From the NCBI GenBank assembly GCA_900546275.1, contig URCH01000005.1:7828-71827 (forward strand): a stretch of 64,000 bases of DNA, given 5' to 3'. Below are positions 16,972 to 28,900 of the stretch, in pieces. The stretch is from an uncultured Mycoplasmatota bacterium. GTDB lineage: Bacteria; Bacillota_I; Bacilli_A; RF39; UBA660. How positions within the stretch are numbered: the first letter of the stretch is position 1; the number at the start of each line of letters is the position of its first letter. The position numbers and the translations under genes were made by a program. The notes under the pieces were generated by a model. The model worked only from the letters and a program-made list of their open reading frames with translations, was not told where the DNA came from and ran no database searches.

Positions 16972-19900
16972 ATGGACGATGATAGTATGGTAGAAACTAA
17001 AAAAATTGAAAAAGAATTTACTATAAAGTTTATATTAGCGTTTGCGTTAATATTCTTTTTTGCATGTCCATTTATGATAACTAAAGCAAATGCTGCAGGT
17101 CCAACATATGAATTTGAATATAGTGGAGATTATCAAACATTTGTTGTACCACGAAGCGGTATATATAAATTAGAAACATGGGGAGCACAAGGAGGCGACC
17201 GTGGAGCTAATAATGGTGGAAAAGGTGGATATACAACTGGTGAAGTATATTTAAAACGTGGAGATATTTTATATATATATGTTGGTGGTTCAGGAAAAAC
17301 ACATGGAGGATATAATGGTGGAGGAGCTCAACCTACTTTAAAAACGTATGGTGGAGGAGCTACAGACATTAGATTTGTAAATGGTGCTTGGGATAATGAA
17401 GCTAGTTTAAAATCAAGATTAATAGTGGCCGGTGGAGGTGGAACCGTAGGTGCTAGCAATAAAGTTGGTGGTGCTGGTGGATTAACTGGTGGTTCTTCTT
17501 CTGGATATGGAACTGGTGGTGTAGGTGCAACATTGTCTGGCGCTGGTTCTCTTCGTGCGGGATTTGGTTTTGGTGGAAGTGGAACTTCAGGTTCAGGAGG
17601 CCATGCTGGTGCCGGTGGAGGTGGCTGGTATGGTGGAGGTGGATCTACCCCAGATGGCTCTGCTGATGATGACCGTGGAGGTGGAGGTGGTTCAAGTTTT
17701 ACTTGGAACACTCAAACTAAACAATATGTTCCAACTGGTTATTCAGTTTCTACTGATTATTATATGACAAATGTTAATTATTCAACCGGTTCAAGAGCAG
17801 GAGATGGATATGCCAAAATAACTGCCCTAAAACTTGATGGAATAACTAATTTTGAAATTAATCGTGGAAATGTACCAATTGATTATAAATACAATTTATA
17901 TGAATACAATTTAACAATAGATAATGATGTTGAAAATATTAGATTTAACATTTTAACAGAAGATGGTTATACTTTAACACAATCAAATAGAAGTACTGAT
18001 ATGACTAATAATTTATCAGTAACAAACACAATAACTTTAACCGATGAAGAAACAGGAATTGTTCAAGTTTATACTGTAAATGTAAAAAAACAGAATGCGT
18101 ATTTAGAAAACCTTGGAGTAGTATCTTATGGATATTCTTATACTGGAAATTATGAAAAATTTTATGTTCCAGCAACTGGTATTTATACCTTAGAAACATG
18201 GGGAGCGCAAGGTGGACATCGTGGGAATAATAACGGTGGAAAAGGTGGATACGCTAAAGCAGAAATGTATCTAGTAAAAGGTGAAGTTCTTTACGTATAC
18301 GTTGGTGGAAGTGGATCTACCCTTTCACAAGATGGAAAAACAAAAGGATGGAATGGTGGTGGACACACTAACGGATACTATTCAGCTGGTGGTGTATGGA
18401 GTGAAACTACTAACATGTATGGTGGAGGAGCTACAGACATCCGTTATGGTGGAAATTCACTTTATAATAGAGTATTAGTGGCCGGTGGAGGCGGTTCAGT
18501 AGGCGCTAGCAATAAAGCTGGTGCTGCTGCAGGGTTAAGTGCTGATAGCGGCTGTGGTACTGGAGGTACTGCTGGTGCAATTAATGCTGCAGGTTCTTAT
18601 AGAGCTGGCTTTGGGTACGGTGGAAATGGTACTTTTGGAAACGGTGGCTATGGCGGCGCCGGTGGAGGCGGCTGGTATGGCGGTGGAGGAGCTAATCCAG
18701 ATGGCTCTGCTGATGATGATAAAGGTGGAGGTGGAGGATCCAACTTTGCCTTTACTAGTCAAAATAGTAAATATGTACCAGAAGGTTATCTAGTAACAGA
18801 TAAAAATTATTTAACTAATGCTACTTTATCAAATGGTAATGTAAGTTTTAAAAATCCAAGTGGAGTAACAGAAACAGGACATACAGGAAATGGGTATGTT
18901 AGAATCAGCCCAAAATTAATCAATGGTGTAAGTGATATAACTATTAATGATGGTGAAATTCCAATAGATTTTGATTATACAATATATGAATATCATATTT
19001 CAGTTTTAGATAGTGTAAAAGCAATAAATGTTAATTTACAACTAAATGAAGGTTATTCAATGGTTGAAAGTTACACTGGAAGTTATGATATTACAAATGA
19101 AAAACAATATGTTTATAGTGTAGATGTAAAAAATGATATTACAGGTTTGACAGTTAATTATAAAATAACATTTCATAAACAAAGTGATTATTTAATGAGT
19201 GGAACAACAGGTTCATATGGTTATACATACAATGGACTTCCACAAAAATTTGTTGCCCCAGCAGCAGGTATTTATACATTGGAAGCATGGGGAGCACAAG
19301 GTGGAGACCGTGGAAATAATAACGGTGGAAAAGGTGGATATTCTACAGGACAAATATTTTTAAATAAAGGACAAATACTTTATGTATATGTTGGAAGCTC
19401 TGGTAATGCTGGAGGATGGAATGGCGGCGGTAAAGCTGGGTACGGAACTATCTATGGTGGAGGAGCATCTGATATACGTATAGGTGGTCAATCTTTATAT
19501 AACCGTTTAATAGTCGCTGGTGGCGGTGGTTCAGTAGGATCAACAAATAATGCTGGTGGAGTCGGTGGAGGCTCAACTGGTGGTGCTGGAGCTGGAAGCT
19601 ATGGATCAGGAGCTGAAGGCGCATCGCAAATAAAAGCTGGAAATAATTACGGAACATTTGGACAAGGTGGCTCAGGTATAGCCGCAAATGGAGGCTACGG
19701 CGGCGGAGGCGGCGGTGGCTGGTACGGCGGTGGAGGAGCTGGTGTAGATGGCTCTGGTGATGATGATCGTGCCGGTGGTGGTGGTTCAGGATTTGTTTGG
19801 ACTAGTGCTAGTTCTACAACCGTTCCAAGTGAATACTTATTGTCATCTAGCCAATATTTAATGGAAGCTTCAACAAAAGCCGGAAATACTTCATTCCCAA

Positions 19901-22900
19901 ATACAACAGGTGGAACAGAAACAGGACATGAAGGAAATGGATTTGTAAAAATATCTTTCTCGTTATCATATGATTTTGATATTATCGTTAGTGACAATGT
20001 TACTTTGGATAAAGAATTTGACTATGATGTAAAAGATTACACTGGTACATTAGATAGTAACGATTCATCTTTAGTAACTTTTAAAGTTACAGATAGTGAT
20101 TCAATTTTAAGTGTAGATGGTGATGGAACTAGAGAAATTCATGTTGGTGATAACACATTTAATATAACAATTACATATATAAATGGTGCTGTTGAAGTAT
20201 TTAGTTATCATATCTATCGTGAAGCAAATGATATAGATTATTTAAATAATATATATTTTGATGAGCATTCTATATCTGAATTTTCAGATGTTTCATTTGA
20301 TAAGAACACGTATACATATAATGTTAATTTACCGTACTATATGGACGAATATGATTTAACTGTTGACAAAGGTTCATCAGATCAAATCATCACAAATATT
20401 GGACATATATCTAATAAAAGTAATTCTTACAGTATACCTATTTCAGTAACAAATGAAACAGGTACAAGTACAAAAATTTATACATTAAATATTAACTTAC
20501 CTCATTCTAGTAAAATAAAAAAACTAACATTTAATAGTAGTGGTGGTTCAGTAATAGATTTTCCAATAACTGATGATAAAACAGAATTTGATATTGAATT
20601 TGAAAGTCATATAGCTTCAATTGATACACTAGTTGAACTTTACGATGGAGAAGCAAAAGCTACTGTATCTGGTGATGGATATATTCAATCAGATAAATTC
20701 GATATCATTATTACAGTAACAGAACCACATGTTGAACCTACAACTTATACTTTACATGCAAAAAGAGTTACTGTAAGTGGATATGAAAAAAATCTAGGAT
20801 ATAATGGTAACGTTCAAACAATAATAATTCCATATGACCATGAATATTTATTAGAAGTATGGGGAGCTCAAGGAGGAGCTGGAGGTGGCCGTGGAGGTTA
20901 CTCATATGGAACAATATATTTAGAAAAAGGAACAATTCTTTATGCTTACGCTGGTGGTAGTGGAGCAAATGGAGGATTTAATGGTGGTGGTTCTTCACGT
21001 GTAGGAAAAGGTGGAGGAGCATCCGATATACGTATTGGAACTGATTCATTATATAGTCGTGTAATTGTAGCCGGAGGTGGTGGCGGTCATGGTTCAGATG
21101 GCTGTGCTGCTGGAGCTGTTGGAGGAGGACTTAATGGTGGAGGTTCAAGTGCAAGTGGATCTTGTGGAACTCAAGCTGGTGGAGGTACTCAAACAGACGG
21201 TGGAACATACGGAAAATATAATAAAGCAATTGGTACAATAGGAAAATTTGGTATAGGCGCAAATGCACCAACTAGTGGCGGAAACTACTTTGGAGGTGGA
21301 GGCGGCGGCGGCTGGTACGGCGGTGGCTCTGGAGCAACAAGTGGTTGGTCAAATGGTGGTGGAGGTGGATCAGGATTTATATATACTTCTGAAACTGCCT
21401 ATGTAATTGAAAACGCAAAAGAATGGTTACTTGATAGCAAGTATTATTTAACAAATGCTAATACAGTTAGTGGTTCAAATTATTTTAAATCACCAACTGG
21501 TACAATGGAAACAGGACATTCTGGAAATGGTTATGTTAAAGTAACTATTCCATATCAACAAAGTGAAAATAATTTCTTAGACGGAATTATATCTAATAAA
21601 GGTGTTATGACACCAGAATGGGATTATAATGTCGACACATATTATTTAAAATTAAATTCAGATGATGTTGAAATTAATATTGAAGGTGTTCCTGCTGATA
21701 GTAAAGCAAGTGTTGTAGGAAATGGAAATTATACAATAGAAAGTGGAACAACAGAAATTCCTTTAGTAGTAACAGCAGAAAATGGATATACAAAGACATA
21801 TAAAGTTATTGTTACAAGAGATGCAGATACAAATGCGACTCCAAAAAATATTTTCATAAACGGATTAATAGAAGAGTATTGTGCAACTTTAGATGGTGCA
21901 TGTGATTATAAATTTGATCCTGAAATTAATACATATAATGTTAAAGTTCCATATACAATTAGAGAAATTGTTATGGTTGTTGATAAAGCTCACTATTTTC
22001 AAACTGTAAATGGTGATGGTTTGTATGAATTGTCTGGTGGAAATAATAAATTCCAAGTAGATGTTACAAGTGAAGATAAAAATCATACAACATCATGGAA
22101 TTATAATATTTATCGTGATATGGATGGAAATGCGGATTTAAAAGTTTTAAGAATGATTTCACCAGAATATGAAATAAACTATTCATATAATATAACTGAT
22201 TATTATGTAACTGTTCCAAATGAAACAGAGCGTGTAGAGTTAGAAGCAATTGCAGATGATGAAAATGCAACTGTAAAAATAGATTCATCTGATTTACAGT
22301 ATGGTGAAAATACAATTACAATAACTGTAACTGCTGCAAATGGAAATCAAAAACAATATAATGTTCATGTTAACAGATTAGAAAGTAATAACGCTTTCTT
22401 AAAAGAACTTACAATAAATGACATTACAGATTCAGAAAATATTAAAGAACTAGAAATTACTCCAACATTTAATAAGATGAACTTGAAATATAACATGGTA
22501 GTTGAAAATTCAGTTTCAAAAATATCATTGTCAGGTGTTTTGGAAGATTCATTACTTGCAACAGTAACTGGATTAGACGAATATAACTTAAATGTAGGTG
22601 CTAATACAATTAATGTAGTTGTAACCGCACAAGATGGAAGTACATTAACTTATACTTTTATAATAAATAGAAAAGCAAATGCAAATACATTATTATCTAG
22701 TTTAACTGTAGATGAAGCAAATTTAACAGAACCTTTTGAATCAACAAAATTTGTATATTACATGTATATAACAGGTGAAACTGAAAAATTAACAATCAAT
22801 GCAGTTCCAGAAGCTGATACATCAAAATATACAATAATTGGAAATTATAATAATTTACAAGCTGGAAAAAATGAAATTATAATCCGTGTAACAGCAGAAG

Positions 22901-25900
22901 ATGGTTCAACTTGTGATTATAAAATTATAGTAAATCGTGCAGGATATACAGATAATTATTTACAATCATTATTAGTAACAAATGGAAGCGAAATTTATAA
23001 ATTGACTCCAAATTTCGATCCATTATACGACAATTACACATTAACTATTCCAAATGAAGTTACAAATGTATTACTAACAGCAACAGCGGATGGAAACAAA
23101 CGTGCTAAAATAGGAAATAGTAGTGTATATGTTAAAAATATAAATTTATTGACAGAAAATCCTTCTAACAATGTTATAACTGTAACCGCAGAGGATGGTA
23201 CTGTTAGAACGTATACTCTTACTATAACTAGAGAAAAATCTGATGATAATTCTCTTAGTACACTAATTGTAAAAGACAATAACCTAATACCAAGTTTTAA
23301 TTCTGATACACTAGATTATAGTTTTACAACAAACGATCGTACTCTTGATATAACTGCAATTCCAACAAACAAATATGCAAAAGTTGAAATAAGTGAAAAT
23401 GCTAAATCACTTGTAGCTGGTTTAAATGTAGTAACAATAAAAGTAACAAGTGAAACAGGAAATGAAAGAATATATACATTAAATGTAACAAGAGAATTAA
23501 GCAATGATAACACATTAAAAACATTAGAAGTAAAAAATAATACTTTAACACCAAGTTTTGATCCAGAACAATTAGAATATAATTTAGATACATTTGATAA
23601 AAAAATTGATATAACTGCAATTGCTAATAATAAATATGCAACTGTAAAAATAGAGGGAGACCTTAATTTAAAAGAAGGAATAAATGATATCAAAATTTTG
23701 GTTACTAGTGAATCTGGTGATACTAGAGAATATATAATTCATGCTAATCGTGTTTTAGATGATAATAATTATTTAGCTAGTTTAACAACAAATGTAGGAT
23801 TTAATGAAACTTTTGATAAAGAAACATTAGAATATACAAAAACTACAGAAGATAAGCAAATTTCTATAAATGCAACATTAGAAAGTAAAAATGCAGTTTA
23901 TAGCATTACTGATGTAGATGGAAATATTATTACTAGTTTTCCACAGAATCTTAAACTAGGAGAAAATATTTTCTTCATTAATGTAACTGCCCAAAATGGT
24001 AATGTTAGAACATACAAAATAACTATTACAAATAATAAAAATAGTGATTCGAAATTATCTAATTTAACAACAAGTGAAGGAATTAATGAAACTTTTTCAC
24101 CAGACAGTTATCAATATACTTTAAGTACTAAAGAACATAAGATTACTATTACACCAATTCTAAGAAGTAAATATTCTTCATATAAAATTTATGATATAAA
24201 TGGTGATGTAGTATCAAATGAGGTTGAACTTACAACTGGACAAAATATATATATGATAATAGTAGAAGCAGAAAATGGTACAACTACAACATACAATCTT
24301 GTGGTTGATAGAAGTGCTAAAGATATTGCTACTATTGATAGTTTAGGTATAGATGTAACTCCGACATTTAATAAAAATAATTTTGATTATACAATTACAA
24401 CAGATGAAACAAGTTTGAATTTAGAAAATATAGTTTTAACTGATTCATATTCAACTTATACAATTTCTGGTAATAGTAATTTTAGTAATGATAGTACATC
24501 AACAGTGACAATAAAGGTAACAAGTGAAGATTTAAAAGTTACAAATACATATACAATTGTTGTAACAAAAATAGTTTCTACTGATCCTAGATTAAGTACA
24601 TTCGAATTAAATAACTATGATTTTAATCCTGTTTTTGATAAAGATAAAACAGAATATGAAGTATTTGTTCCAAATGGTTTACAACAAGCTAGTTTAAAAT
24701 TAAAAACATTAAAAAATACTTCAAAAATCAAAAGTATTATGATAAATAATTCAGAACAAGTTGTTAGTGAAATAAATAGTTTTGAAAATAATGTTTCAAT
24801 TCCTGATGTTTCTTCTAGTCCAACTATTACAGTTATAGTAGAAGCAGAAAATGGAGATGAAAAAACTTACACTTTAACTATTAGCAGTGAAGATCTAATA
24901 AACAATTATCTATCAACTTTAAATGTAAGTTGTGGTAATTTAGAACCTGCATTTGATAGAACAATAAATGAGTATATTGTATTTACAGATAGTTCAACTA
25001 CTTCATGCAATGTTCTATCAACACCAGAAGTTTCTATATCTACAGTTGAAGGAAATGGTGATTATAATTTTGATGCAAATGCAAAATATTTACTTGTTCC
25101 TATAACTGTTACATCTAGTAGAGGAGAAAAAAGAGTTTATAATGTAAAAATCAGGAAACCATTGTCTAATGAATCAAGATTATCAAGTTTAGATTTGATT
25201 GGAAATACATTAACTCCTTTATTTGATAGTGATACGTTTGAATATTCAGTAACAGTTTCAAATAATATTAGCAAACTTAATAAAGAGTCATTTACTTATA
25301 CAACTATTGATCCAGATAGTGTAGTAACATTCCCAGAAATTAATTTAAAATCAGGAAATGTAACACAGTATGTAATAACTTCTAAATCAGAAGATGGAAC
25401 AACTGAATCAAAATATACATTAAATGTAACAAGAGAAAAATCAAGTAATACTATCATCACAGAAGTAAATATTGATACTTTAGGAAATACATATAAATGT
25501 GTTATGGATCAAACAACGAAATCATGTAATGTAACGCTTCCTAGTAATACATCAAACTTTACTTTGAATGCTACATTACCAGAAGGTGCAACTGTAAATC
25601 CTTCTAACCCTTCTAGTCATATTTTTGATGAAGAAGATAATAGCAAGACAATATCATTAGTAGTAACAGCTGAAGATGATACTGAAGATACATATACTGT
25701 AAATGTAAATAGAGCTGAATCATCAAATAATGATTTATTGGATCTAAAAGTTAATTATGTTTCATTACCAAATTTTTCATCACAAGTTTTAGAATATGAT
25801 AAAACTGTGTTAGGTACAATGAGTCAAGTAATGATTTCAGCTACACTTGCAGATAAGAAAGCTACTATTGTAACTGATTTAAGTCAACCATTTAATTTGG

Positions 25901-28900
25901 AATATGGTATTAATAAGATAGATGTTGTAGTTAGAGCACAAAATAAAGAAGAAAAAACTTATACTATAAATATTACTCGTAGTGATAGTGCAGATGCTAC
26001 ATTAAGTTCTTTAAGTGTAAAGAATTATCCATTTGAAGAAACTTATGATCCAGAAGAAACTGACTATACAATTCGTGTTCCAAGAACAAAGAAGACATTA
26101 ACAAGAGAAGAAATTTTATATACTTTATCTGATAAAAATGCAATTATTTCGCTAGATAACAAGTTAGATATTGACTTTACAAAACCAAACAATATTTACA
26201 CAATAACAGTAACAGCTGGTGATGGTGTAGTTCAAAAATACTACCACATATCAGTATTACCTGAATTATCTACAAATAATAATGTTGAAAGTGTAGTTGT
26301 AAATCAAACTGAGCTTAAACATAAAGATAATGTATTTACATATGATATCTTTGATACAGATGCAAGTGCAATATTAGAGAGTATTACTTTGAGTAATGAA
26401 TATGCTACCCATAATGTAATATTGCCACAAAAAATTTCTTATGATAATCCATATAAATTTATTGTAACAGCAGAAAATGGGGATGTTGCTTTATACACAG
26501 TTCAATTAGCTCGTACAAAAACACGTGAATTAAAATTATCAAATATAGAAGTTAAGTTTAATGAAGATGATGATTGTACAGATATTTGTACACTAGATAA
26601 AGTATTTAATGAAGATGCAACAGATTATGAAATATATATTCCAAATGAATTAACTAGTTTAGAAAATATTATTGTTACACCAAAAAATGATCTTCAAAAC
26701 TATGAAATAATAGGAAATGAAGATTTAAAAGTTGGTGAAAATAAAATAATAATTAGGGTTAAAAATTCATTGGATGAAATATTTGATTATACTTTAACAG
26801 TATATAGAGAAGCAAATTCTGATCCTAATATAGCAGGAATTTCATTTAAAACACCAGAATATGATATAACTGAATTTGATGAAAATTTATATGAATACAA
26901 TGTTGAATTCAATGCTATAGAAAGTGGTAAATATGAATTAGAATTTGAGAAGAAAAATGAAAATCAAAATATCACAATAAAAGGTGCAAAAGTATTATAC
27001 TTTGGAAGAAACGATATAATTGTTCATACAGAATCAGAAAGTTGTTCAAGTACAGTTAAAACAAGAAAAGGATGTAATGAAAGAGATTATATTATACATG
27101 CATATAGAAATGAGGCTTATAGTAATTTACTTGCAAGCTTAACAGTTTCATCAGGGGATACAGCAGATTTATTACAAGTATTTAATAAATATAAATTTGA
27201 CTATGTCTTAGAAGTAGATAGTGAAATCAGTAAAATCAAAATTGAGGGAACAGCATTTGATACAACTCATACTACAGTAACTGGAAATGGAGAGTTTGAC
27301 CTTGAACAAGGGTTGAATACATTTAATATAATTGTTACTCCAGAAACTGGTGATTCTGCAACTTATACTTTAAGTATTATAAGAAAACAAAGCGATAATG
27401 TTAATCTTGCAAATTTAAAAGTTAAAGGTTATGAATTAACTCCAAGTTTCTCAAAAAATGTTTTAGATTATTATATTGAAATTGATAGCACGGTTAATTC
27501 ATTAGATATTATTTATGAAAAAGAATCTCCAGAACAAACTGTATATATATCAGGAAATTCTAACTTCGTAACAGGTGAAAATATAGTCAAAGTAGTAGTA
27601 TTATCAGGTGATAAAACGCGTGGTAAAACATATAATATTCATGCTACTAGAAAACCAAGTGAAAATAATTTATTAAATGGAATAACTGTAAAATCTACAA
27701 AAAATGGAGTAGAAACAATTCATGCTTTAACACCATCATTTGATAGTTTAGTAAATAATTATACAGTTAATGTTTCATCAACAATAAGTGAAGTTACTAT
27801 ATCAACAATAAAAGGACAAGTAATGCAAAATATTACAGGTAACGGAAGTTATATATTAGAGTATGGTGAAAATATAATACCTATAATTGTTACAAGTGAA
27901 AATGGAAGTATTAATACTTATCAAGTAACTATTAATCGAGAGTTCGATTTCGAATTATTAGATTTAACTGTTAGTCATGATGGTACGATTTATCCAATCA
28001 CTCCAAATTATAGTAATGATGTATTTGAATATAATGTTTCTGTTGGAAATGAAGTAAAAGATGTGTTAATTAACGCAACTTTAAAAGAAACATTAAATGA
28101 TATTTCTGGGTTAGGAGAATATGAACTTAATACTGGAAACAATGATATAACTCTTACGGTAAGTTATTTAGATAAAGGAAGTATTAATTATGTAATACAT
28201 ATAAATAGAGAAAAATCTTCTGATAATTTACTTAAAAACTTACAAGTTGCTGAAGGAGTAATAACGCCAATATTTGATCCAGACACTTTAGAATATAGTG
28301 TAAATATTCCTTTTGAATATGAAAGTGCAACAATAATTTATGAAACAAATTCTAAGGAAGCAACTGTAGAAATAAAAAATAATACTAACCTTGAGGTTGA
28401 AGTAACAAAGGATATAGAAGTAATAGTTACAGCAGAAAATGGGGATAAGAAAACTTATATTATTCATGCAACAAGAATGCAAAAGCCTGTTGCAAGTAAT
28501 CGTTTAACAGATATGTATATAGATGAGGGAACATTAGATCCAATATTTAATATAGGAATGATGAATTATACAACTGAAGTAGGAAAAGATGTAAAAAGAA
28601 TAAACCTTCATTTGAAGGCTGAAGAACCTTTATATACCAAAGTAGAAGTTTACAAGTTAGGTTCTACATCAACAACAACAGTTGATATGACTGTGAGTGA
28701 TCCTAAAATAATGTTAAACGTAGATTCTGGTAAAAATCCATTTGTTATTAGAGTAACAAATTATGAAGGAAATATTAGAAATTATCAATTAGATGTTTAT
28801 AAAGCTGGTCCAAATGAAGCAAGAATTAAGTCATTATCATTTGATTATGGAACACTTTCACCAACATTTGATAAAAATAAAAATGCATATACAATGGAAG

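Noticed and set aside
17328-17711. Minus-strand 127-aa proline-rich ORF (also 19695-19997 and the short + strand ORFs at 17525-17767 and 18539-18793)
   Set aside because: These are antisense or off-frame shadows of the GGT/GGA-rich glycine-module coding sequence (GGN read on the other strand gives CCN, Pro). They have no RBS and lie wholly inside a 14.4-kb ORF with coherent domain structure.
17101-21553. Collagen-like or PE-PGRS-like interpretation of the glycine-rich modules
   Set aside because: There is no Gly-X-Y triplet periodicity. The glycines occur in conserved motif blocks (WGAQGG, VAGGGG, GGGGWYGGGG) interleaved with beta-strand-like segments, which fits the ALK/LTK-type glycine-rich domain instead.
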